DNA of 48,888 nt from a virus (Duplodnaviria > Caudoviricetes). Below the pieces are notes generated by a model, which ran no database searches, was not told the DNA's origin, and was given only the letters and a program-made list of their open reading frames with translations. A program made the position numbers and the translations under genes. Below, in pieces: positions 1-8,724 of this stretch. How positions within the stretch are numbered: the first letter of the stretch is position 1; the number at the start of each line of letters is the position of its first letter. The stretch spans positions 1 to 48,888 of IMG/VR virus record IMGVR_UViG_3300025322_000039, one strand, 5' to 3'.

Positions 1-3
1 TAT

Positions 4-234
4 TCATTTTTTCTCCTGAAATAAAAGTAAATTTTGCAAAACATATACTATGTATTCCCTATTGTATATTTGCCACGCCCGCTCCCAATTGGTCCATTCT
101 TGTTGTTTGATTTCGCCTGTCCAACTCATGAAATCCTTTCTGTATTCTTCTGGTATTTTTGCAAACGGAGGTGCGTATTCTCCGTCTAACAATTTTATCA
201 AATCTTTTATCAAGTTCGCTGGCTGCTTCTTCAT
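4..234 (-). CDS. hypothetical phage protein
   Basis: 76-aa ORF, AGGAG Shine-Dalgarno upstream, same strand as the neighbouring small ORFs. Confidence 0.5.
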   Translation of the reverse strand: MKKQPANLIKDLIKLLDGEYAPPFAKIPEEYRKDFMSWTGEIKQQEWTNWERAWQIYNREYIVYVLQNLLLFQEKK

Positions 235-297
235 TTTTTAGTTCTCCTTGCTTTTTTAGTTCATTGCTCGAAACCCACCTTCCGGTGAGCATCAACG

Positions 298-603
298 TTA
301 TACCGCCTTTAATTGTTGTATCCAATCCCAAACCAGACTATTATAATTTTTGTTATGGTGATTTTTCTTTATTTTGTCTTCCATGTCATTGATAAAGTTG
401 TCAAGAGATATTAATCGTTGCTTCATTTGTTCATATTCATTAAGGGGCAGGCTAACCACTGGCTGCTCCCGAACGGAAGGGGCTGAGATTTCTTTTATTG
501 CATTTATAATTTGGGCTATTTGACATCGCACGGAATATGTAGAGCCAAGTTCAACTTCTATTCCATGTTTTTTTAGTAATTCAATTATTTTTTTATCAGT
601 CAT
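298..603 (-). CDS. hypothetical protein with C-terminal coiled coil
   Basis: 101-aa ORF with GAGG RBS, in the leftward run. Confidence 0.55.
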   Translation of the reverse strand: MTDKKIIELLKKHGIEVELGSTYSVRCQIAQIINAIKEISAPSVREQPVVSLPLNEYEQMKQRLISLDNFINDMEDKIKKNHHNKNYNSLVWDWIQQLKAV

Positions 604-670
604 AGAGAGCCTCGTTTGTTAGATTTGCGCTTTTTCCAACTTATTTTTCATCGGCATTTTTATTCTCCTA

Positions 671-925
671 TTATTTTTCCAAATATTTTTTATAATATTC
701 CCAAGTTAATAATGATATTTGACTTGCTGTTTTAACTTTTTGATTGGATTGAAATATTTCTTTAATAGACAATTTTGCTAATGCAATTTTTTGTTTTAAT
801 GGGATTAGTTCATTTGGTATTACTATAACAGATTTTTTAATTTTACCATCTATTTCTAATTGTATCCCAGCTCCGGATGTTCCTGATGGTGATGTTATAT
901 TGTTACTAATTATTATTCGTTTCAT
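671..925 (-). CDS. hypothetical protein
   Basis: 84-aa ORF coupled to the upstream ORF by an ATGA overlap. Confidence 0.55.
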   Translation of the reverse strand: MKRIIISNNITSPSGTSGAGIQLEIDGKIKKSVIVIPNELIPLKQKIALAKLSIKEIFQSNQKVKTASQISLLTWEYYKKYLEK

Positions 926-1197
926 ATATTTATCTTCTTGTTTGCATGTTCTGCTATTATTTTATCAATCCAGTTCTTGTGTATCCAAATCCAATTTTTT
1001 TTACCATTTGGAGATACTCCATGGTTGTCGATTCTTAATACGGATTTAGGTACAAATGAAGTTAAATGGTTTTTAAGTTTAAATAATATTGCTTTTTGTG
1101 TTTGTGAAATAGCATAGACATATTTAAATGGTTGAAAATTGTCTATTTCTTGTATATCTAATATTTTAAGATATGGCTGCCATTCATGGGTTTTCAT
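922..1197 (-). CDS. small conserved phage protein (T-x-K-A...P-K-S...W type)
   Basis: QTQKAILFK...FVPKSVL...IWIHKNW matches a recurrent pattern in small beta-rich phage proteins. Confidence 0.55.
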   Translation of the reverse strand: MKTHEWQPYLKILDIQEIDNFQPFKYVYAISQTQKAILFKLKNHLTSFVPKSVLRIDNHGVSPNGKKNWIWIHKNWIDKIIAEHANKKINI

Positions 1198-1200
1198 AGT

Positions 1201-1422
1201 TTAATTCCAAATTATTAACATATTATAAGGTTCAAGAATTATTCGTGTTCCACTAAATTTTAATTCTTTTTTTTCTATAAAGCGTTCAAAGATATAAAAT
1301 TCTTCTTGATGTAAGATTGGTGTTTTTATTAATGTGTTTTTATTTTGCGATGCTATTATGTTTATTTGATGAAATAATTTTGTGTTTGTCATGTTATTTT
1401 CAAATATTTGGAAATGTTCCAA
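1201..1422 (-). CDS. hypothetical protein
   Basis: 73-aa ORF tightly packed in the leftward run. Confidence 0.4.
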   Translation of the reverse strand: MEHFQIFENNMTNTKLFHQINIIASQNKNTLIKTPILHQEEFYIFERFIEKKELKFSGTRIILEPYNMLIIWN

Positions 1423-1717
1423 TTCCCATGATTTCAGTTATTCTGTATCTAAAAATTAATATTTGTTTTTCAAATTGTGGTTTTTCTGTTTCTATTGTCG
1501 ACATTACCGGGACATCAAATTCTGATTGTAAACTAATGATTCCAGATTCATCGTCAAAGTGATGTTTCTTTCCAGAAATTTTTTGACCATTTTTGAAATG
1601 GATAACAAATTTTTGTCCTACGTTAAGATTTTTTAATACTTGCCATATCCCAGCAAGGGACAATAAATCTTCTGATATATTGTTTAAATCTTCTGGTTCT
1701 TTATATTCATTTGACAT
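1400..1717 (-). CDS. Sm/Hfq-like fold protein (putative RNA-binding)
   Basis: VIHFKNGQKISGKKHHFD resembles Hfq Sm1 (VSIYLVNGIKLQGQIESFD); QILIFRYRITEI resembles Sm2 (QMVYKHAISTV); GGAGG RBS. Confidence 0.45.
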   Translation of the reverse strand: MSNEYKEPEDLNNISEDLLSLAGIWQVLKNLNVGQKFVIHFKNGQKISGKKHHFDDESGIISLQSEFDVPVMSTIETEKPQFEKQILIFRYRITEIMGIGTFPNI

Positions 1718-1920
1718 TATGCCTCCATTAATAATTCATGTTTCTGTTGAAAATTCTTTTTGGTTAATTTTCCTTTTGAATATTCTATCAGTGTTTGTTT
1801 GATACTATGAAGTAACAACTCATTTATAGATATTCCAAGAGTAGCGGCAGCAGATTTAAATTGACTGCGTTGTGTTGATGTTTCAAAGTCCATAACATAT
1901 TTTGTTGTTTTATATCCCAT
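1717..1920 (-). CDS. ribbon-helix-helix-type DNA-binding protein
   Basis: short strand KYVMDF followed by FKSAAATLGISINELLLHSI, the typical RHH helix pair; first gene after a divergent promoter. Confidence 0.55.
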   Translation of the reverse strand: MGYKTTKYVMDFETSTQRSQFKSAAATLGISINELLLHSIKQTLIEYSKGKLTKKNFQQKHELLMEA

Positions 1921-1950
1921 GTTATATTTTCCTGTCTTTAAATATCATAA

Positions 1951-1982
1951 ATAAATATAATAAATATAATAAATATAGTCAA
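1951..1982 (-). promoter_or_regulatory. sigma70-type promoter overlapped by three tandem ATAAATATA repeats (candidate RHH operator)
   Basis: - strand TTGACT (1982-1977), 17 nt, TATATT (1959-1954); + strand ATAAATATA x3 at 1951-1977. Confidence 0.55.
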
Positions 1983-2012
1983 GTTTTTTATTTTTTGAGT
2001 TAAGTTTAATAA

Positions 2013-2025
2013 AATCAATAAGTTA
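2013..2025 (+). promoter_or_regulatory. IHF consensus site upstream of the TerS-like gene
   Basis: AATCAATAAGTTA is an exact WATCAANNNNTTR match; AT-rich DNA makes a chance match possible. Confidence 0.3.
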
Positions 2026-2084
2026 TATTAACAATTTAAAATTGATTGAATTAGAGAGCTCAAAACTCTACATTGTATATCAGA

Positions 2085-3017
2085 ATGAGTATTTATAATG
2101 AAAAAGAACGTGAAGTCGGGTTGTTTAAAAGTAATTTTAGTGAAGAAGGAATTAGATTTCGTTGTTTAAGAAAAAAAGAAAATGAACGTTGGCAATGGTT
2201 GGGGTTGTCTAAATTTTATAATGGAGTTCATTATGCTGAAATTTACACACTCGAACAAGCAATTCAAAAAAATATTGATCCTCGCAAAGATTGGCGCATT
2301 CCACTTAAATCAGAAAAACATTATTTTGTTCCAAATGTTTATGCCCAAAAAAACGATTGGGTTATAACGGAAGTACCTGGTCCATTGGAAGAATTTTGGA
2401 TTATGCAAGTGCTTTGGAGGTGTGATTCATTAAAAGGAGATTTGTCGCATATTAGAACTGCTACTGGAACATATTTTGTAGATAAATTTGGAAGAAAAAC
2501 TAAATTATTTGATGGGACAGATTTAAAAGGACAATATCATATTTCAACATCAGAAGCATATCAAGTTAAAAGTAACATTAATCAAAAAAGAATTAAATTA
2601 TTAGTTACATTTATAGTCGCTCTTATTAAACAATATGGAGCATTTAATAAAGAAATTGTAATGATGGCTTATAGGTCTGCCTATGGGAATGATGCAAGTT
2701 GGCAGAAAGTCGTCTTAATTATGAAAAGCGAGCCAATCATGAGTGAAGTAGCAAAACAATTAGCGGATTTGTTAAAAGAGAGGGGGGCATCGCCAGAATT
2801 TGTTGTAGATAATTTTGTTGATATGGCCAAAAGTGAATATGATAAAGACCCAAAGCGTAGGGAAAGGATTAATCGTTTGCTTGGGTTAATGAATAATTTG
2901 CCAACGCTTGAGGATGCAAAACAACTTGGGGAAGGAAATGGGAAAGCGATTCCAGCAAAGTTTAGGGATGTTGAAGAAGTAGAAGTAACAAATGATTTGG
3001 AAAAAATTGAAGAATAA
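2085..3017 (+). CDS. putative terminase small subunit (segment A)
   Basis: directly upstream of and coupled to TerL; helical C-terminal half with acidic tail; ATG 2085 preferred over TTG 2073; call is positional. Confidence 0.45.
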   Translation: MSIYNEKEREVGLFKSNFSEEGIRFRCLRKKENERWQWLGLSKFYNGVHYAEIYTLEQAIQKNIDPRKDWRIPLKSEKHYFVPNVYAQKNDWVITEVPGPLEEFWIMQVLWRCDSLKGDLSHIRTATGTYFVDKFGRKTKLFDGTDLKGQYHISTSEAYQVKSNINQKRIKLLVTFIVALIKQYGAFNKEIVMMAYRSAYGNDASWQKVVLIMKSEPIMSEVAKQLADLLKERGASPEFVVDNFVDMAKSEYDKDPKRRERINRLLGLMNNLPTLEDAKQLGEGNGKAIPAKFRDVEEVEVTNDLEKIEE

Positions 3018-4786
3018 TGGATTCTGATAAAAAACAACAATTTAGGGATATTATTAACACTGAACCTATTTGGGGCAAAGCTGGAAATGCCATGGTTAAA
3101 GTGTTATTTCCTTATGCTTTTCGTAGGGCTGGCGGAGAATTATCTATATTTGCCAGATATATTCTTTGGGCGTTAATTAATCATTTAAAAATAATTGTTC
3201 AACTTCCCCGGTTCCATGCCAAATCTACTGTAATAACTTTCCTTTATGTAATGTATTGTATTCTTATTAAGAAGAAAAAGTACATTCTTATTTTATCTTC
3301 AACTGGTGGACAGGCCGTTAAATTTTTAATGCGTATTCGTGTTTATTTACAAAGTAGAAAAATGCGAACATATTATGGTGATATCGGCCGAGCCGTTGAT
3401 ATTAAAGATGTAAATGAGTCATTTGAATATGTTGAAGAAGATGGTAAAAAGAGATCACGTGTTTGGAATTTTAAAGAAATTTACATAGAACCTTGGGGTA
3501 TTAGAATTATGGCATCTTCTATTAAATCCGCTAATAGAGGATTGCTTAGTGTTGATGATCGACCAGATTTAATTATATTTGATGATGTTGAAGACAGAAA
3601 GAATACCAATACGTTGGAGTTGCGGCAAAAATTAATTGAAGATATTTTTGAAGAAATTATTCCTGCCGGAGATATTGATTGTCAATTTATCGCAGTTGGA
3701 ACTATTTGTCATTTTGGTTCTTATTTGTTAAAATTAAAACAATCTGATTCTTGGTTTAAAATTCCGATGGAAAGATCAACAGATACGATTGAAAATATTT
3801 TAAAGTTAAACGATTTGCTTCCAAGTGAATTTCCAAAAGAATATAGATTTAATCCAAGATCAGAATATTTTACACAGGATCAAATTGGTATTGATGGACA
3901 TAAATATTTTAAAGGACAGGAAACCCCGGAAGTAGCTTTATGGCAAGGTATTTATGATTATGAATATTTTTGCGATAAAAGAGAAGAAGCTGCTGCCGTT
4001 GGGGTATTGCCTTCTTTTTGGCAAGAACGATATAATATTCCTAAAACAAATGAATCCAGAGTATTTACAGAATTTCGGTATGTTCAAGGATTAGAAATTA
4101 AATATTTGTTTAATGAACTTATTCTTGAAGCAAACGTTGAAAGTCCATTTGTATTTCCAAATGGAAGAAAAGTTTGTAATGTTCTTTCATTTATTGGTGG
4201 CGACCTTGCTGTAAGCGAAGCAACGAGTGCTGATTGGAGAGCATTTTTTATTGGATTTACTGATCCTTGGGGAAATGTGTATGTATTGCCTCCTTATAGA
4301 ACAAAAGAACCTGATCCTTTTATTATTGGAAAATGGATATTAACAAAACATAATAAATATAATTTTGAATCAGGAACGTTTGATGGTCAGCATTTTCAGA
4401 AATGGTTTGGGAGAATTTTAAAACATTTAGTTGTGCATGAAAAGAATAAAGATGGAGAGAAAGAATATAGCAAATTAAAAGTGTATCAAGAACCAAGAAG
4501 CGAGCAAAAAGAACAGGTAATTTCTGGTACATTGGCTCCATATATTACTGGAGAGAAATTATATTTTGTTGGAAATCCATCTGAATTTAAAGAAACTGTT
4601 GATGAATTAATGTATTTAGGATATTGGGACACTGATGATCTTGCTGACGCTTTAACGTATTTTTGTTCACATTTAAAATTTCCCGCTTTTATTGATTTTG
4701 ATTTTATTAGGCCAATGGGACAAATTTCAGCAAGATCGGCATGGTACGATGATATACCAATAGAAAGAAGAGCATGGCTTTCGTAA
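3017..4786 (+). CDS. terL: terminase large subunit (segment A)
   Basis: Walker A VQLPRFHAKST, Walker B RPDLIIFDDVED, coupling motif AVGT, FWQERYN linker, RNase H-like acidic motifs GGDLA and DDLADAL. Confidence 0.92.
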   Translation: MDSDKKQQFRDIINTEPIWGKAGNAMVKVLFPYAFRRAGGELSIFARYILWALINHLKIIVQLPRFHAKSTVITFLYVMYCILIKKKKYILILSSTGGQAVKFLMRIRVYLQSRKMRTYYGDIGRAVDIKDVNESFEYVEEDGKKRSRVWNFKEIYIEPWGIRIMASSIKSANRGLLSVDDRPDLIIFDDVEDRKNTNTLELRQKLIEDIFEEIIPAGDIDCQFIAVGTICHFGSYLLKLKQSDSWFKIPMERSTDTIENILKLNDLLPSEFPKEYRFNPRSEYFTQDQIGIDGHKYFKGQETPEVALWQGIYDYEYFCDKREEAAAVGVLPSFWQERYNIPKTNESRVFTEFRYVQGLEIKYLFNELILEANVESPFVFPNGRKVCNVLSFIGGDLAVSEATSADWRAFFIGFTDPWGNVYVLPPYRTKEPDPFIIGKWILTKHNKYNFESGTFDGQHFQKWFGRILKHLVVHEKNKDGEKEYSKLKVYQEPRSEQKEQVISGTLAPYITGEKLYFVGNPSEFKETVDELMYLGYWDTDDLADALTYFCSHLKFPAFIDFDFIRPMGQISARSAWYDDIPIERRAWLS

Positions 4787-4823
4787 ATAATAAATGTTTA
4801 ATTAATAATTAAGAGGTTGTAGG

Positions 4824-5810
4824 ATGAATAAATTATTTAGTTTTATTTTAGTATTGTTAATGGTAATTCCATTATATTTGTTTTCTCAAGACGGTGAAGG
4901 GATTGGTCCATTTGGTAGAAATATTGGCAGCGTATACAATAGACCCGTGTTTTCACGTGGAGCTTCTTTTTATGCAGATTGGTCTCTTAGTTTTAGAAAT
5001 AGATATAATCTTATGTATTCTTCTGATGATTCTTCGATGGTTTGGCATGTTGATACTCTTACTTTTAACATTGATTATATTAAACAAGGTCAAGGATTTT
5101 GGGCTAATTGTCCTTTGCCAATATCTGATCCATCTGGAAGTTTTCGATATTTTGAAGATTTTATTGGGATTCCATTTGTAGTTACAACTAATGCTTGGGA
5201 AGGATGGAAGGCTACTGGAGATGCTTCTTATGTTATAGCTTCCGCCGCGGGTAATCTTGGTGGTATCGTAAGTGTTACTCCGGTTACTGCAAGCAATAAT
5301 GAAATTTATTTTCAACTTGGGGAGCTTGGTACAGAGACATTTATTGAGTATACAGGGGATAGTGGTTTACAAAGTTGGGTTGAATTTAGAATATCCACAG
5401 ATGCGGTAACGGATGCCGGTATTATATTTGTTGGATTGGCAGAAGAAGGTTCTTCTGCTGCTGATTTTCTTAATGATGATGGCGCTGATGTGGCGGATAA
5501 AGATGTGGTTGGGTTTTGTGTATTTGAAGCTAATCCAGATACGGTGACATTTATTTATCAAACAAGTGGAAGCGCATTCGTTACTGACACATTGTCTGTT
5601 ATTACTACCGCATATTTTACCGCTGGATTGCATTTTGATGGAGTTACTACTGTTGATATTTATATAAATGGCACTCAAGTATCTACCGTAGAAACGGATG
5701 TTGCTGGTTTTCCAGATGGTGAAGAATTGTCTCCAATTGTAGCTGTGAAAAATGGAGCAGCAGATAAAACAGTTTATTTAGATTGGATTAAATTTGTAAA
5801 TGAAAGATAA
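4824..5810 (+). CDS. signal-peptide-bearing acidic beta-sandwich (ConA/lectin-like) protein, probably virion-associated
   Basis: MNKLFSFILVLLMVIPLYLFS|Q leader; FEDFIG, FDG..VDIYING and C-terminal VYLDWIKF are typical of ConA-like phage proteins. Confidence 0.6.
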   Translation: MNKLFSFILVLLMVIPLYLFSQDGEGIGPFGRNIGSVYNRPVFSRGASFYADWSLSFRNRYNLMYSSDDSSMVWHVDTLTFNIDYIKQGQGFWANCPLPISDPSGSFRYFEDFIGIPFVVTTNAWEGWKATGDASYVIASAAGNLGGIVSVTPVTASNNEIYFQLGELGTETFIEYTGDSGLQSWVEFRISTDAVTDAGIIFVGLAEEGSSAADFLNDDGADVADKDVVGFCVFEANPDTVTFIYQTSGSAFVTDTLSVITTAYFTAGLHFDGVTTVDIYINGTQVSTVETDVAGFPDGEELSPIVAVKNGAADKTVYLDWIKFVNER

Positions 5811-5822
5811 TTTGATGTCAAG

Positions 5823-6008
5823 ATGGCTAAAATGAAAAATAGATTACAAAAGTTGGATAAAATAAGTTCTAAGATGATACATTGTTTTGTTTTAGTTTTA
5901 ATTATTATGGTTGTGGTTTGGATAATTTTTGAACTTATTGTAGGCTATTCCACTTATCGCAATTGGTGGTTAGTGTTTGAGAAACTTATGACGGATTTGT
6001 TTAAATGA
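5823..6008 (+). CDS. small membrane protein
   Basis: one long hydrophobic segment FVLVLIIMVVVWIIFELIVG. Confidence 0.55.
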   Translation: MAKMKNRLQKLDKISSKMIHCFVLVLIIMVVVWIIFELIVGYSTYRNWWLVFEKLMTDLFK

Positions 6009-6361
6009 TTGAGATCATTATTGTCTATTTGATTATCCTGGAATTGAAGACCATAAGGGATATAATCTTGTTCCGATTCTCGATTTCAATTCTGACCAAA
6101 TTGCCGGAGTGGTTGCGGCAATTTTTAAAAGGCAGTTATAACAATTACGATGTCACTATGCGAGCGAATGTTTTTGATGGTTTTCATTTAACCGATGGAA
6201 CAATCATTACTGGCAGTTTTGCATTGACGATGTATTTTAAATATGGACTGATAATAATGCTGTGGACTATTCCGCTTTTTTGGATAATCTTTTACCCGGT
6301 GTTGTTCAATTTCAATTATCATTTCATACACACATTGAAAGCATTTAGAGATTATGAATAA
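6005..6361 (+). CDS. multi-pass membrane protein
   Basis: several hydrophobic segments; DGFHL motif; ATGA coupling. Confidence 0.55.
   Translation: MIEIIIVYLIILELKTIRDIILFRFSISILTKLPEWLRQFLKGSYNNYDVTMRANVFDGFHLTDGTIITGSFALTMYFKYGLIIMLWTIPLFWIIFYPVLFNFNYHFIHTLKAFRDYE
6338..6358 (+). repeat. 21-bp direct repeat, left copy (AAAGCATTTAGAGATTATGAA)
   Basis: identical to 7706-7726; contains the ATG of the next gene. Confidence 0.9.
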
Positions 6362-6722
6362 AGTTTATGGATATTCTCTTTCATTAGATTTGCATGATTG
6401 TGATATTAAGAAATTTAATAGAAAATCAATTAAAATGTTTTTTAAAGTGCTTTGTCAATTTACAAATATGACGCCCGAAAAGTTATCATGGTGGGATTAC
6501 GAAGGAGAAGATATGATTCATGTGCCTATTCATTTATCAGGAATATCGGCAGTGCAATTTATAACCACAAGTTCTATCGTTATACACAGTTTAGATAAAT
6601 TAGGAAAAGTTTTTATTGATTTTTTTTCTTGTAAGGAATTTGATCCCAATCAGATAAGAGAATTTTGTGCTAATTTTTTCGCAGGAGTAGAAAAACGATG
6701 GAGTTATTTTGAGAGAATTTAA
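6354..6722 (+). CDS. speD: S-adenosylmethionine decarboxylase-like proenzyme (pyruvoyl-dependent)
   Basis: YG.SL.LDLHDCD, GISAVQFITTSSIVIHS (autocleavage Ser region), VFIDFFSCKEFD. Confidence 0.8.
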   Translation: MNKVYGYSLSLDLHDCDIKKFNRKSIKMFFKVLCQFTNMTPEKLSWWDYEGEDMIHVPIHLSGISAVQFITTSSIVIHSLDKLGKVFIDFFSCKEFDPNQIREFCANFFAGVEKRWSYFERI

Positions 6723-7716
6723 TGTTGTTATGATTATTCCTACCGGCATCGGATGTACTATTGGTGGTCATGCAGGGGACGCTACACCTGCCGCGAGGCT
6801 TTTAGCATCTGTTTGTGACAATTTAATTGTACATCCGAATGTAGTTAATGCTTCTGATATTAATGAAATGACTGAAAATATGTGGTATGTTGAGGGAAGT
6901 ATTCTTGATAGATTTTTGAAAGGAGAAATTGCGCTTTCAAAACTTGGTCAAAATAAAATTTTATTAGTAGTAAATAAACCGATTCGTGGAGATACAATTA
7001 ATGCGGTTGCAGCAGTTCAACATACCTTGGGAATTGACATAGAAATCAAAGAACTTGACATTTCGTTGCTTATGAACGGAAGTTTTAATAATGATGGAAC
7101 TGCGGGCGGAAGTTATTCGGGGGTTGAGGAGTTAGTTGAGCAAATAAAACAATATGATTATGATGCTTTAGCCATTCATACTGAAGTCGAATTAAGTCGT
7201 GATATTGCTCTTAATTATTTTAAAAATGGTGGAGTTAATCCATGGGGTGGAATTGAAGCAATCGTTTCCAAATTAATCGCTACGGCAATAAATAAACCAG
7301 TAGCTCATGCTCCAATGGAACGTGAAGAAACTATTTTTGATAAAGAGTTAATTTTTTATTATAAAAATATTTCTTCTCAACCACGTACTTGTGCAGAATT
7401 ATTGTCTACAACATATTTGCCATGTGTTCTGAAAGGATTAAATACAGCGCCTCGTATTGATCCATATGGACGACAATTAAATTATCCTATGGATGTTTTG
7501 ATTTCTCCAAATAATTGTTATGGGATGCCTCATAAAATTTGTGAGGAGCGAAATATTCCCATTATTGCAGTGCGTGAAAATAACTGTTGCTTGAATAAGC
7601 CAATCCCAACTAATCACATTTTTGTTGAGAATTATTTAGAAGCTGCTGGTATTTTGGCTTGTATGCGAAGTTCTATTAATCCTAAATCAGTTTTGTATAA
7701 TGTTAAAAGCATTTAG
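6709..7716 (+). CDS. DUF3326 family protein
   Basis: IIPTGIGCTIGGHAGDA, HPNVVNAS, YVEGSILDRF, GGVNPWGGIEAIVS, AHAP, AELLSTTYLPCVLKGL, ENYLEAAG are DUF3326 signature blocks. Confidence 0.85.
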   Translation: MREFNVVMIIPTGIGCTIGGHAGDATPAARLLASVCDNLIVHPNVVNASDINEMTENMWYVEGSILDRFLKGEIALSKLGQNKILLVVNKPIRGDTINAVAAVQHTLGIDIEIKELDISLLMNGSFNNDGTAGGSYSGVEELVEQIKQYDYDALAIHTEVELSRDIALNYFKNGGVNPWGGIEAIVSKLIATAINKPVAHAPMEREETIFDKELIFYYKNISSQPRTCAELLSTTYLPCVLKGLNTAPRIDPYGRQLNYPMDVLISPNNCYGMPHKICEERNIPIIAVRENNCCLNKPIPTNHIFVENYLEAAGILACMRSSINPKSVLYNVKSI

Positions 7717-7726
7717 AGATTATGAA
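7706..7726 (+). repeat. 21-bp direct repeat, right copy
   Basis: identical to 6338-6358; contains the DUF3326 stop and the ATG at 7722. Confidence 0.9.
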
Positions 7727-8063
7727 AGCAAGAGAAGATAAAATATTGCTATTAATTATCATCATTGTTATCTTGATGCTAATCAGAATGGATGCACAGG
7801 ATTTATCGAACGAAGCAAACTTAACCGATGAGGTATATCATGTTGAACAAATGTATAATATTCTTAATCTTGATTCTCTTCGCGCTGAGTTTCAAGAGCT
7901 CGATCGCCAGCGATTTCAAATTCGCAGCAGCGGCTGGACTGGCGAGCTACGACTTCCACAACGATTGGGAAGCCTTAAAGACGCCACTTATGGGCGGTGT
8001 GGAATGGACAAAAGTCAAGAACCTTCCATTAGGGATTTTCATAGCGCCGACCATCGGCAATAA
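7722..8063 (+). CDS. N-terminally anchored or exported protein
   Basis: KILLLIIIIVILMLIRMDA|Q leader then a helical region; the 3' two-thirds overlaps the next ORF. Confidence 0.45.
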   Translation: MKAREDKILLLIIIIVILMLIRMDAQDLSNEANLTDEVYHVEQMYNILNLDSLRAEFQELDRQRFQIRSSGWTGELRLPQRLGSLKDATYGRCGMDKSQEPSIRDFHSADHRQ

Positions 8064-8220
8064 GAACGGCAAAAATATTTCAACGCTCGATGCTATTTTC
8101 CATACTGATTTATTGTCAAAGTTTGGCATCGGATTCTCCGCACAATTTTATGATGTAAGAAAATCAGGATTAGTATTCTTCAGAAATCGAAAGTTAGTTT
8201 TGACATGGAGATTGCGTTGA
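7828..8220 (+). CDS. signal-peptide protein, possible small outer-membrane beta-strand protein
   Basis: leader (M)LNKCIIFLILILFALSFKSSIA|S (alternative start 7840); amphipathic strands GIGFSAQFY; C-terminal LVLTWRLR. Confidence 0.5.
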   Translation: MRYIMLNKCIIFLILILFALSFKSSIASDFKFAAAAGLASYDFHNDWEALKTPLMGGVEWTKVKNLPLGIFIAPTIGNKNGKNISTLDAIFHTDLLSKFGIGFSAQFYDVRKSGLVFFRNRKLVLTWRLR

Positions 8221-8723
8221 ACAACTTCAGGGGCGTAAAATCAAGATATGATTATAGTCTAAATTTCTTACAAAATTATGTAAAAACCTATGAAACGATT
8301 CTTGATTTGGGAGCAAAAAATAATTTATCACATAAAATGAAAAGACGAGGATTTGAAGTTGTTAATACAAATTACGATCTGGATTTGGAACCCGAAAAAC
8401 TTGAGAAGGAATTTTATAACGTGGTAACTGCTTTTGAAATATTGGAACATTTGATTGAACCTGCACAAGTTTTGAAAAGATTGAGTGGAAAATTATTGGC
8501 GTCTGTTCCATTAAATGTTTGGTTCTCCTCTCCGCATTGGACGACGGAGCCTTATGAACAACATTATCAGGAATTTCATCCGCAGCAGTTTGACAAATTG
8601 CTCCGTTATTGTGGGTGGGTAATCGTAAAGAAAAAAAAGGTGAGAATTGTTAAACGATTCGGCATAAGACAAATATTAAGTTTAATTTTTCCACGTTATT
8701 ATTTTGTATATGCGGTAAAATAA
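8205..8723 (+). CDS. class I SAM-dependent methyltransferase (small-molecule/glycan type)
   Basis: ILDLG motif I, YNVVTAFEILEHL, SVP, HYQEF; pattern resembles a family I recall from Bacteroidota. Confidence 0.8.
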   Translation: MEIALNNFRGVKSRYDYSLNFLQNYVKTYETILDLGAKNNLSHKMKRRGFEVVNTNYDLDLEPEKLEKEFYNVVTAFEILEHLIEPAQVLKRLSGKLLASVPLNVWFSSPHWTTEPYEQHYQEFHPQQFDKLLRYCGWVIVKKKKVRIVKRFGIRQILSLIFPRYYFVYAVK

Positions 8724-8724
8724 T

